Part shown: positions 8,557 through 16,332 of the stretch, piece by piece | How positions within the stretch are numbered: the first letter of the stretch is position 1 | Layout: each line of letters opens with the position of its first letter | DNA from: Methylorubrum extorquens | Lineage (GTDB): Bacteria > Pseudomonadota > Alphaproteobacteria > Rhizobiales > Beijerinckiaceae | NCBI GenBank assembly: GCA_900234795.1 | Contig: LT962688.1 | Coordinates: forward strand, 5,100,001 to 5,132,000 | Direction: 5' to 3' | DNA: 32,000 nt | Translations under genes and position numbers: made by a program | The notes under the pieces: generated by a model | The model's database searches: none | Told to the model about the DNA's origin: nothing | The model's input: only the letters and a program-made list of their open reading frames with translations

Positions 8557-9069
8557 ATGAGCCTACATCAATTTTTTCTGGCAGTCTCGGCAGTACTGCT
8601 CGTGTCCAAAGCTGCACATGCCGAGCCCCCCAAAGCTGCCGTTTTCGACTTCCAGCTTGCGAACCTCGGCGCCCAAAGTCCAACCGATGAGGACCAAGCC
8701 CGCCTCGGCCCGCTCACCGATCTGCTACGTCAGCAGCTACAGGAGAGCGGTCGCTATCAGATCGTGTCCACGGATCCCGTGAGGGCTGAGGTCGAGAAGA
8801 GTTCCGACCTGCGCAAGTGCGGCGGATGCGCCGAAGATTATGCTCGCAAACTCAATGCGGACGTTGCGATCACTGGCGAGATCCAGAAGGTCTCCAACTT
8901 GATCCTCAATATCAACGTCTACGTGAAGGATCTGAAGGCCGACACGCCCGAACAAGCTTATAGTGTCGACATTCGCGGCAACAACGACACCTCGTTCGAT
9001 CGCGGTGTGAAGTACCTCGTGAAGAACAACATGCCCCCCGCGACTGAGGCAGTTTCACCGCAGAAGTGA
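8557..9069 (+). CDS. Secreted/periplasmic protein, DUF3280-like (from memory, unverified)
   Basis: Strong SD (CAGGAGGAATATAAATG). Signal peptide MSLHQFFLAVSAVLLVSKAAHA/EP. Family-like features are AAVFDFQL, SGRYQIV, a CGGC pair and KVSNLILNINVYV. Confidence 0.8.
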   Translation: MSLHQFFLAVSAVLLVSKAAHAEPPKAAVFDFQLANLGAQSPTDEDQARLGPLTDLLRQQLQESGRYQIVSTDPVRAEVEKSSDLRKCGGCAEDYARKLNADVAITGEIQKVSNLILNINVYVKDLKADTPEQAYSVDIRGNNDTSFDRGVKYLVKNNMPPATEAVSPQK

Positions 9070-9117
9070 GGCTGGCTGCGGGCTTGCGGCCTGTGCCGCT
9101 ATACAGCTCTCAGAAGC

Positions 9118-9315
9118 CTATCGGCTCCCGAACCCAGTCTGATCTTTCTCAATCGCTCTCAACGCGTTCTCGAACGCCTTGGCCTCGGTGGGGAACGAAC
9201 GGTCGGACCTCTCGGTCAGCTTACCGTGCTTCCTCAGCGCCCATTCGAAATGGCCTTCGGGTTTCTTCAGCGGCTCGACCGTGATGGAATAGGGGTGCGG
9301 GACTTCGTTCGTCAT
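9118..9315 (-). CDS. Small hypothetical protein (65 aa)
   Basis: MTNEVPHPYSITVEPLKKPEGHFEWALRKHGKLTERSDRSFPTEAKAFENALRAIEKD.... Third-position GC is high. I trimmed the track ORF (9118..9384) to the internal ATG. Confidence 0.5.
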   Translation of the reverse strand: MTNEVPHPYSITVEPLKKPEGHFEWALRKHGKLTERSDRSFPTEAKAFENALRAIEKDQTGFGSR

Positions 9316-9448
9316 AGCACCGGTATGCCATGCGGGTCGTCCAGCCACTAGCGCCGCGGTGGACTGGACACCGACAGGCCGCACCCGCCTCTGCGGCCTA
9401 TGATTCGGTTCGGCAATCTCCCCCCTGGGATCACAACCAAGCTTAACT

Positions 9449-9706
9449 CTACTTTTTCCGGGGGTAGGCGCGTTCGCTCACAGGGCGGCGGCTAGCTGGC
9501 AGAAGGTAATATCTGTCCAACACCAGATTGCCTGCGTGATTTTTTATCGCAAGGATGATCCGTCCCAACGACTTCTGTTCATTGGCGTTTGTTCGCGCTT
9601 CGCGTTCGCCGCCGACGGCAATGTAATACTCGATATCGTCGGACTTGTCGTCCAGTATCTCGACCGACCAAGACATTGATTTTTCTTTGACGCTAGTGGA
9701 GATCAT
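9449..9706 (-). CDS. Hypothetical protein (75-85 aa)
   Basis: ORF of moderate GC. There is no clear SD for either ATG (9706 or 9676) and no motif. Confidence 0.35.
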   Translation of the reverse strand: MISTSVKEKSMSWSVEILDDKSDDIEYYIAVGGEREARTNANEQKSLGRIILAIKNHAGNLVLDRYYLLPASRRPVSERAYPRKK

Positions 9707-9807
9707 TAGATCGCAGGCACAGGCCGGCGGGGCAAGCTAGTTGAGATCTAGGCAGATTTGCATGGCGCGAAGGTAAGTAGGGCGTAGCACCGCACGGGAG
9801 GGCTAGC

Positions 9808-10109
9808 ATGTTCGGCATCTTCGGCCGTAAGCGTCGCGAGAAAGAGTGTCGGCGCCGAGAGGAGCAGGAGAACCGCCTGCGCTGCGCGCGGCTTCTCGAT
9901 GCCTCTGGCTCATCCCGGTCGGCTGCGAACGACAGCCAGATGAACCCGGCCTCGCCCTCGGGCATGGTATTGAGCCGGCTCTCCTCAATCGCGCCGAGCT
10001 ATGGCGTGTGTCGGATCACTCGTCCTTCGATAGCTGCACCACCTCGTCGTCCTACTTGGACAGTGGGTCGTCCTGCAGCGAGGGCGGATCGTCGGGCGGC
10101 GGAGACTGA
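9808..10109 (+). pseudogene. Small ORF apparently split by a frameshift (basic N-terminus, Ser/Gly/Asp-rich acidic C-terminus)
   Basis: The ATG at 9808 has a strong SD (GGGAGGGctagcATG). Its frame has high GC3 up to about 10000 (MFGIFGRKRREKECRRREEQENRLR...). From about 10005 the high-GC3 frame is the -1 frame, ending at 10109 (...SDHSSFDSCTTSSSYLDSGSSCSEGGSSGGGD). A (GT)3 run sits at the switch (10006..10011). Confidence 0.35.
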
Positions 10110-10128
10110 GGTTGGCACTATCAGCGGC

Positions 10129-10422
10129 CTAATGTCTGCCGCTCAACCCGGTCGACGCGGTGACATCGGTTCCTGCAGGTTCGAAAAAGCGCTCGCCTAT
10201 GAGAGCGCCGTCTGCATCGAAAAGCCCCTGCCAGCCGGAATATTCGGTCGTAACCGTCACACGAGCACGGCCTTCATCGGAGCCACTTCCGATTTCGACA
10301 CGGCTGCCGACCAACCCGCGACGCTCCTGGCTCTGAAGACTGGCCGCTGTCGTTCCGAGCTTACTGGCAAGGGATGCCGGATCGACAATCCATGCGCCGT
10401 CTGGGTCGCATTCAAATCGCAT
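10129..10422 (-). CDS. DUF6522-like small protein (97 aa; family assignment from memory)
   Basis: I trimmed the track ORF to the ATG at 10422, which is preceded by AAGGAGGGCACACC. Sequence: MRFECDPDGAWIVDPASLASKLGTTAASLQSQERRGLVGSRVEIGSGSDEGRARVTV.... Confidence 0.6.
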   Translation of the reverse strand: MRFECDPDGAWIVDPASLASKLGTTAASLQSQERRGLVGSRVEIGSGSDEGRARVTVTTEYSGWQGLFDADGALIGERFFEPAGTDVTASTGLSGRH

Positions 10423-10639
10423 GGTGTGCCCTCCTTGTTGCAGGACAGCTTTGGCGGGCTGAGATGCACCGTAACGCATCCCAGGGGGCGGCATGTGAAA
10501 ACCTGCTACTGCGCGATCGCTGCCCTGCAGCCCGGGGGACCCTGGCATCCCCAAAACTATACGGGTGGTCGGGGGCCCCCAGCTTTCCTAGCGCCAAGGT
10601 CGTGAAGCCCGGCAACAGGGTAACAGGGTAACAGCGCCC

Positions 10640-11371
10640 ATGGCCGAAGCGAGCGGACCAAAATTCCTCAGCCAAGCCGAGTTCGCCCGTCACCGCGGCG
10701 TCTCGCGCAAGGCCGTAACCACTTGGAAGCAGAAGGGCTTACTCGTTCTCGACGGCACCGGCCGCGTGGATGTGGAAGCCACCGAGTGGAACCTCGACCA
10801 GCGACCAACGACCTATCGGGGCGGTGTAACCCATCGCTCGGTGAGGGCCAAGGACGGTAACAACGCCTCTCACGCCGACGCAGCCCCGAAGCCGGCACCG
10901 AAGCCCGCTCCCGAGCCGCATCCGCGCCCGGCGCCTCTCGATGGCGACGGCGGCCAGGAAGATGCCTTCGACCCCGACGACCCGAACCTGCCGACGGCCA
11001 TTGCGGTCCGGCGCAAGGAAAACTGGCTTGGCCTCCACCGGAAGCAGATCGTCGAGCGGGGCGGCAGCAAGCTCGTTGATCGACCCGCAGCCGAGGCAGC
11101 GTTCTTCGAGGAAGGCCGGGCGCTCCGAGATGCCTGGCTGGCGTGGCCGGCCCGGGTCGCGATCGAGATGGCCGACGAGGTCAAGATCGAACCGAGGCAG
11201 CTGACGCCGGTCCTGACCGCCTATGTCAAAAAGCACCTCAGCGAACTCGGCGAGCCCTCCGCCGGCCACGGAGCAATGCACGTGACATGGCGAGATCATT
11301 TGGACGGCAGGTCCCGGGAGCCGAGGGCGAGATGCCTTCTCCCGGCCTCTCGGGTCTGTCGGGGGAGCTAG
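10640..11371 (+). CDS. Phage Nu1-like HTH protein (terminase small-subunit-like / DNA-binding)
   Basis: N-terminal HTH FLSQAEFARHRGVSRKAVTTWKQKGLLVL, then a Pro-rich linker PKPAPKPAPEPHPRPAP. The C-terminal part (AIAVRRKENWLGLHRKQIVERGGSKLVD...RALRDAWLAWPARVA) resembles Nu1-type proteins. The last ~35 codons may be read-through. Confidence 0.6.
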   Translation: MAEASGPKFLSQAEFARHRGVSRKAVTTWKQKGLLVLDGTGRVDVEATEWNLDQRPTTYRGGVTHRSVRAKDGNNASHADAAPKPAPKPAPEPHPRPAPLDGDGGQEDAFDPDDPNLPTAIAVRRKENWLGLHRKQIVERGGSKLVDRPAAEAAFFEEGRALRDAWLAWPARVAIEMADEVKIEPRQLTPVLTAYVKKHLSELGEPSAGHGAMHVTWRDHLDGRSREPRARCLLPASRVCRGS

Positions 11372-11679
11372 GGTGTTGTAACGACGACGCCACCGCCGAC
11401 GCGGCCTTCGCTCGTATGGAGCAATCCCCTCTCCATGAGGTCGAGATTTTTGGACAACAGCTTGTGCTGATCGGTGCACCAGTTCTTCAGGTGTTCAATG
11501 GCTTCCGTAATTGTGCCCTCCTGCACTTATTAGCCCCACGCGCCGCAGCGAGCATCCGCTTCCGCACCTCCGCCATGCGGTCGTCGTAAGTGGCGCTGGC
11601 CGCTACGGCTTCCTGCCCGACAGCCTCGTAGATCTCCATCGCGGTCGCATGGTTTAGCGGGGGCCTGCATGGCAGTGCA

Positions 11680-12084
11680 CTAGCTGCCCCGCACCTGCTC
11701 GATGCGAGCAACCGTGCGCACAATCGCCAGAACCTCGCGGCGCAGTTGATCATCCTCAATCTCGCTGAAGGCGTGCAGGAGATCGATGGCGCCATGAGTG
11801 CGTAAAAAACCGAACACCTCGGCCCGGTCCCTACCTCCGCCCTCGTCGCCATCGTAGAAAGACGAGACTCGCACTTCGAGCACGCGAGCGATGTCGCTCA
11901 GGCGGCTGGCGCCGACTCGGTTCACGCCGTTCTCGTACTTCTGGATCTGCTGGAACGTCACGCCGATGGAGCTACCGAGCGCGGTCTGCGAAATCCCCTT
12001 GGACTTGCGCAGCACCTTGATGCGCTCTCCGACAAGACGGTCTTGCTCGGTCGCACGCTTCGGCGGGACGCTTGGGGTGTCCAT
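11680..12084 (-). CDS. XRE-family (PraR-like) helix-turn-helix transcriptional regulator
   Basis: MDTPSVPPKRATEQDRLVGERIKVLRKSKGISQTALGSSIGVTFQQIQKYENGVNRVGASRLSDIARVLEV... is a classical HTH_3 domain plus the C-terminal extension common in Rhizobiales. I trimmed the track ORF (11680..12540) to the ATG at 12084. Confidence 0.85.
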   Translation of the reverse strand: MDTPSVPPKRATEQDRLVGERIKVLRKSKGISQTALGSSIGVTFQQIQKYENGVNRVGASRLSDIARVLEVRVSSFYDGDEGGGRDRAEVFGFLRTHGAIDLLHAFSEIEDDQLRREVLAIVRTVARIEQVRGS

Positions 12085-12202
12085 GGCTTCAGGCCTGTAC
12101 GGGAGAACAGTAGGGCATGCACCCAGGAAGCCTCCAGCAACTGCTGCGCGAGGATTTTGGTTGCAGCGATCCAAGCACCTGCGCGCCTCGGCTAGCCACT
12201 CA

Positions 12203-12886
12203 TCAGCCCCGCGGCGCCCGCCAGCCGGCCGCCTTTGCCTCGTCCTCCGAGCAGAACAGGCGCTCGCCAGCGCGGTCGTTGATGCGGGTGCGCTCGTAGT
12301 CGCGCGAGCCGGGCAAGTGATAGATCCGCTCTCCGCCGGCTGAAATGTTGCCCTTGATGTTGCAGCCACTCGCCTTGTTCGGTGGCGTGACAGTCTCAGG
12401 CCTCGAGCGTTCACCGCCGGCACGCTTCGCGCGTCGCCACTCGGATGGATCTTGGAACGTGCCCGCCCAGATGCCGTGCCGGAGCGCCTTCGCGGTGAGT
12501 TCAGTGTTGACGTAGTCCTCGGTGTAGCGCCGGTACGCAACGGCGTGGCCTTGTCCGACCATCCAGGCGTTCAAGTCTTCCGCGTCAGCCCGGCAAACGG
12601 CGACGACTCGGCCGTAGCGGTCGGTCTCGCGCGGATCACATGTCACGAGGCGTTTGCCGATGTGATCCGCGAGAGCCAGAGCAGCCACCTGTCCGCAGCG
12701 GTAGTCCTTGCCGGCGGCGTCCTTGCAGAGCTGGGCGCTTTCCGGCGCGTCGATGCCGTGAAGGCGGATGCGCGTTCCACGAACGTCGAGCGTGTCGCCA
12801 TCGACAATCGAGGCTCGGCCGACGAACGGCTCAGCGTGGGCTGGCGTGGCGAGAAGCAGAGCAAGGAGCCAGGACCGGGAGCGCAT
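12203..12886 (-). CDS. Secreted thermonuclease (SNase/staphylococcal-nuclease fold) with a C-terminal Cys-containing extension
   Basis: Signal peptide [20 protein letters not shown]. SNase core: [50 protein letters not shown]-terminal module: [28 protein letters not shown]...[17 protein letters not shown]. Confidence 0.85.
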   Translation of the reverse strand: MRSRSWLLALLLATPAHAEPFVGRASIVDGDTLDVRGTRIRLHGIDAPESAQLCKDAAGKDYRCGQVAALALADHIGKRLVTCDPRETDRYGRVVAVCRADAEDLNAWMVGQGHAVAYRRYTEDYVNTELTAKALRHGIWAGTFQDPSEWRRAKRAGGERSRPETVTPPNKASGCNIKGNISAGGERIYHLPGSRDYERTRINDRAGERLFCSEDEAKAAGWRAPRG

Positions 12887-12918
12887 CTCGCCACTTTATC
12901 ACACCGTCGCAGGTCGCC

Positions 12919-13107
12919 TCAGCCCGGGCGCACTGCTTTAGCGCCGAAGCGCTCGATGAAGGCCGTGCAGGCCTCATGGATGTTCGCCCAAGCGGTGGCG
13001 CCGAAATACCAGCAGGGTGAAGAGTTGGGGCGCAGGACGCCGAAGGCCTTGCGCCACTCGGCGGCCTCTGCGGGAAGCGGATCGAACGCGAGTTTGGGAA
13101 AGAGCAT
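12919..13107 (-). CDS. Small hypothetical protein (62 aa), first gene of the nuclease string
   Basis: High-GC3 ORF MLFPKLAFDPLPAEAAEWRKAFG..., 32 nt upstream of the nuclease gene. Its start codon and 5' leader lie inside the 125-bp repeat. Confidence 0.5.
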   Translation of the reverse strand: MLFPKLAFDPLPAEAAEWRKAFGVLRPNSSPCWYFGATAWANIHEACTAFIERFGAKAVRPG

Positions 13108-13220
13108 CTCGGCTGCCGGCTGATGGCGGGGCCGACGGCATAGGGGAGGTGGGTTGCTCCAGGCCTACCGCCCAGCCGCCATCACGCCTTCTGCGCCCGC
13201 GCCAGCAGGATCGCGGTGCG
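13096..13220. repeat. 125-bp dispersed repeat, copy 1 (partner at 16208..16332)
   Basis: Colinear with copy 2 at a constant offset of 3112 bp and with no indels. The outer block of 52 nt matches at 47 positions, the outer block of 38 nt at 36, and the central 35 nt at only 17. On the minus strand it spans the last ~13 codons of an ORF ending ...AIL(L/R)ARAQKA*, a spacer, and the conserved leader TCCCCTATGCCRTCGGCCCCGCCWTCAGCCGSCAGCCGWGATGCTC, which includes the next start codon. Confidence 0.85.
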
Positions 13221-13602
13221 GATCGCGCCGCACTTCAGGACCGCGCTCGGCTCGGAATTGGCCATGACCGAGATGGCCCAACCATGCCCGGCGACGATCC
13301 TCGGCCTGATCGAGCGCGAGAAGGCGATCGAGAACCCGTCGCACGAGAGAGCGGCCGTGACCCCTTGCTTCGTCGCCGTCACCCTGGCCGGCCTGCTCGC
13401 GAGCGGAAAACCGGCAAAGGACGCCCGCCCCTACCTGTACATAGGGCCGAGCACGCGCATCAGCCTGGTGACCACAGCGCCGGGTGATCGGCCCCATGCA
13501 AGCACAGAGATAACCATCAGGCCGATCGCGACGTTCGCGCGTGAGACGCCTGAGGAGGTGCTGCGGGCACCGTGCGTGGAGCGTAGGCCGCCGCCGCAGT
13601 GA
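13216..13602 (+). CDS. Hypothetical protein; strand assignment ambiguous
   Basis: 128-codon ORF with about 85% GC3 and an ordinary amino-acid composition (ATILGLIEREKAIENPSHERAAV...). The antisense frame (13182..13382 plus 13431..13655, one frame interrupted by a single TAG at 13431..13433) shares the same third positions. Codon bias therefore cannot decide the strand. Confidence 0.35.
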   Translation: MRIAPHFRTALGSELAMTEMAQPCPATILGLIEREKAIENPSHERAAVTPCFVAVTLAGLLASGKPAKDARPYLYIGPSTRISLVTTAPGDRPHASTEITIRPIATFARETPEEVLRAPCVERRPPPQ

Positions 13603-13793
13603 TCGAAAACTGACGCAGAGACTGTTTTTAACCCAAAGCGCCTATCAAAGCTCAATGAATTGTATTTTAGCTGGAACTACAACCGAATTGATTCATTAAT
13701 AAAAGCACGATTTCGTTATCACCTCGTGCATATTGCCTGAACATACATTATATCAGAGTTCAAATTAATTCTATCAGCGGTACAGATCGCATC

Positions 13794-14000
13794 ATGACTT
13801 TGTCTAAAGAACTGTACGAGGAATTGCTTCAGAACCCGTGCCCATCTTGCGGCACCTTGCATATACGGGCAGGAAGATGGTTTGCAATAGTTTCGAAGTA
13901 TCAATGCTACCAGTGCGATACTACAATATTTTTAACTTATCCGCGTAAGATTGAATTATTCCACTCGCATCAAAGCAACAAAGATAAAATTGAGACTTAG
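13794..14000 (+). CDS. Small zinc-ribbon-like protein (68 aa, CxxC...CxxC) in an AT-rich patch
   Basis: MTLSKELYEELLQNPCPSCGTLHIRAGRWFAIVSKYQCYQCDTTIF.... Codon usage is low-GC and the flanks are AT-rich (13603..14100). Confidence 0.45.
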   Translation: MTLSKELYEELLQNPCPSCGTLHIRAGRWFAIVSKYQCYQCDTTIFLTYPRKIELFHSHQSNKDKIET

Positions 14001-14455
14001 CTTAATATTATAGATAAATATACCCCTTTTGTAGCCTTGATGTACCGACCAATTTTTGGCGAATTGTTCCGCATCAAGGTTAGCAACTCCTTGTAATAGA
14101 TCTCCATCTCGTAGATCGGGGCCGCGGCATCCAACAATCTGCAGACATCGGCGCGGCGCCTGAGTGGACCTGGCCGTACTTCGAGGATTGGTGGTGGACG
14201 GGGGCACTTTCGTGTAGAGGTGCGGCGCCGGGATGACGCGGCGGACTATCGACCCGCCGCTATCCGTCTACCTCATGCCCGCCCTCCAGCGGGCTCTTCC
14301 ATCTCGATACCCACCTTGCCCCGTTCTGCTCAGCCGCAGCGGAGCTTCCTCTGGCTGCCTCACGTCACAAATCAGACCCCGAATACCGCTACTGTCCGAT
14401 TTCGGGCTGAGCTGTTGACCCATGAGGCTCCTCCGCCGCACGAACTGGAGCAATC

Positions 14456-14647
14456 ATGAAGCCGACCCAACGACGCTATGGGCGTGGCGCGCCTGTACGT
14501 CATGAGGCTTGGATTGATCGAAGATCCGCCCGAACGGCTGAGACAATAAGGTGGGCGAGGCGCAAGGGGGCCTCGGTACGTATCGACAATCATCACCCTG
14601 CGCTCAACGACAACGTCGTGCAGTCCGTGGCTATCGATCTAATCTGA
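14456..14647 (+). CDS. Small conserved protein (63 aa), paralogue of 27330..27596
   Basis: The ATG is preceded by GGAGcaatc, and an intrinsic terminator follows. It shares MK..R...RHE(A/T)WI(D/N)RRS...A.I..A..K.AS...NDNV with the second copy. The differences are mostly synonymous or conservative (CGT CAT GAG GCT TGG ATT GAT CGA AGA TCC vs CGC CAT GAG ACT TGG ATC AAC CGG CGC TCT). Confidence 0.6.
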   Translation: MKPTQRRYGRGAPVRHEAWIDRRSARTAETIRWARRKGASVRIDNHHPALNDNVVQSVAIDLI

Positions 14648-14656
14648 GGCTCTTCC

Positions 14657-14695
14657 AGCCCCGCTCGAATCAGCCGCAGCGGGGCTCTTTGTTTT
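14657..14695 (+). terminator. Rho-independent terminator
   Basis: Perfect 9-bp stem AGCCCCGCT / AGCGGGGCT with a 12-nt loop, followed by CTTTGTTTT. It starts 10 nt after the stop of 14456..14647. Confidence 0.65.
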
Positions 14696-14699
14696 CCGA

Positions 14700-14900
14700 C
14701 TATCTCAGTTCTCCAGGCAGGTAGGTCGGATCGAACTCGGCCGCATCATAGAGGCGCCTCCAGTTCTGGATCACCAATTGGCGATCGTCCAGCCTGACGA
14801 GTCCGTCCGTGCGTAGCGTCTTCACCGCCCGGATGACATGCACCGTCGTCAGTCCCGTCACATCGGCCAACCAGTCCGGCCATGGGTGCGAAGATATCAA
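14700..14900 (-). pseudogene. Crp/Fnr-family regulator remnant (C-terminal HTH domain only)
   Basis: WLADVTGLTTVHVIRAVKTLRTDGLVRLDDRQLVIQNWRRLYDAAEFDPTYL matches the HTH_Crp C-terminus of FixK/Fnr-like regulators. The ~160-aa cNMP-binding part is missing. The sequence upstream of 14900 switches abruptly to AT-rich DNA. Confidence 0.7.
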
Positions 14901-15141
14901 CGCAGCCCGAAGGCAATTCTACAATGAACTCAGCAAGTTACATTCGAGTATAATTCACAATAATTTTCATCGCTCTTCAATTGTATAAAAAAAATCTCGT
15001 GGAGGCTTGAAATAGTTCATAAAGGCACGACTTGGATGCAGTGCAGCAATCGCAGCCGATTGCTTCGCCAGCAGAGCGATCGGCCTAATTCGTCTGCTTG
15101 CTTTGTAGAAATATTTTTATAAATACTGAAAGGAAGCCCGC

Positions 15142-15741
15142 ATGGCCCATGAACAGAACGTCAGCACAGCCAAGCAGAACGGTCAGGACGCGCGCATCGC
15201 TGAGGCCGCAAAGGCTAATTTCAACAAGGCTGCCGATAAGACCAACGAGCAGAGCAAGCAGTTCTCCGATGCGGCTCGTGAGGGCGCTAACAAGATCGTT
15301 GACTTGCACGAGCGGGCAACCGAGACCACAAAGCAGGTGATGCAGAACAGCATCGAGACAGCCTCCCAGCACACTCGTGAGGCCGCCGATCGCTTCTCGA
15401 AGACCCTGGGCTTCTCAGGCCAAGAAGGTGAGCGTCTGGCTCAGCAGTCTAAGCAGAACATCGAGGCGGTCACCCGCTGCGGCACGGTGCTGAGCCAAGC
15501 CTTCCAAGATGCCTCGCGCAGCCTGTTCGAACTTGGGCAGAAGCAATTCCAGCGCAATCTGGACGGCCTCACCAAGCTGACTCAGGCCAAGACGGTTCAG
15601 GAGTTCGCCACCATCCAGAGCGATCTGATGCGTGAGAGCCTGCAGCACATGGTCCAGGACAGCAAGGCGATCACCGAAACATCCGCCCGTGCTGTCGACG
15701 AAGCCAGCCAAACCTTCTCCAGCGTCGCTCCGGCTCGCTGA
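15142..15741 (+). CDS. Phasin-family protein (PHA granule-associated)
   Basis: 199 aa with SD AGGAAGcccgcATG. The sequence is Ala/Gln/Glu/Lys-rich and helical. The phasin-like core is IEAVTRCGTVLSQAFQDASRSLFELGQKQFQRNLDGLTKLTQAKTVQEFATIQSDLMRESL. Confidence 0.8.
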   Translation: MAHEQNVSTAKQNGQDARIAEAAKANFNKAADKTNEQSKQFSDAAREGANKIVDLHERATETTKQVMQNSIETASQHTREAADRFSKTLGFSGQEGERLAQQSKQNIEAVTRCGTVLSQAFQDASRSLFELGQKQFQRNLDGLTKLTQAKTVQEFATIQSDLMRESLQHMVQDSKAITETSARAVDEASQTFSSVAPAR

Positions 15742-15842
15742 GATCGGCTGCCGCCGCCAAGCCCGGCAGTAAATTTCTTAGCGATGCCAACCTGAGGGCG
15801 GTCCTTCCGACCGCCCTTTCTCGTTCCGACACGGAGTGTTCC

Positions 15843-16091
15843 ATGTACAATCCCTTTGCCGTCGCGATGCTGGCCTTCGAGGCACAGAGGGTGGTCGAGC
15901 TTCGCCTCGTGAAGATGTCTTGGGGCGGAGCTGCGGCGCAGGCCGAGGCATCTCGGATGGTCAGCGAGAAGATTAGCGCCTCAATTGAGGCTAGCGGCAG
16001 CCTAATGATGGGCGGCTCACTGGATGCGGTCGTCGCGCGATACCGCGAGCACGTTGCCGAGAACACAAAGCGCCTGACGAGCGCTGCTTAG
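15843..16091 (+). CDS. Small conserved hypothetical protein (82 aa) downstream of the phasin gene
   Basis: SD GGAGtgttccATG and high GC3. Sequence: MYNPFAVAMLAFEAQRVVELRLVKMSWGGAAAQAEASRMVSEKISA...YREHVAENTKRL. Confidence 0.6.
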   Translation: MYNPFAVAMLAFEAQRVVELRLVKMSWGGAAAQAEASRMVSEKISASIEASGSLMMGGSLDAVVARYREHVAENTKRLTSAA

Positions 16092-16207
16092 GGATCTCCG
16101 CGCATTTGGGAGTTCACTTGGATCCTTCTCGTGGCTCTCGTCTGCTAGCAAGCCGGCTGCCTCCCTTTACGCCGATGTGAATGAGATAGCGGTAGGACAG
16201 CGAGGAC

Positions 16208-16332
16208 GGGAAGGAGCATCACGGCTGGCGGCTGAAGGCGGGGCCGATGGCATAGGGGACCCGAGTTGTCTTAAGCTTACCGGTTGGTCTTCCTCACGCC
16301 TTCTGCGCCCGTGCCCGCAGGATCGCGGTGCG
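16208..16332. repeat. 125-bp dispersed repeat, copy 2 (partner at 13096..13220)
   Basis: See copy 1. Here the upstream ORF (16294..16560) is intact. The ORF that starts inside the repeat (ATGCTCCTTCCC...) runs for only 24 codons. Confidence 0.85.

Noticed and set aside
9808-10605. 265-aa plus-strand ORF
   Set aside because: Only the first ~65 codons show coding-type GC3. The remainder lies antisense to the DUF6522-like gene (10129..10422).
10739-11479. 246-aa minus-strand ORF
   Set aside because: It is antisense to the Nu1-like HTH gene and is Arg/Pro-rich. Only its extreme 3' region overlaps possible short real ORFs under 60 aa (about 11368..11639), which I could not support well enough to call.
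11680-12540. 286-aa version of the XRE regulator ORF
   Set aside because: The N-terminal 150 codons are Arg/Ser/Thr/Ala-rich. They run out of frame through the 3' part of the nuclease gene. The HTH protein starts sensibly at the ATG at 12084.
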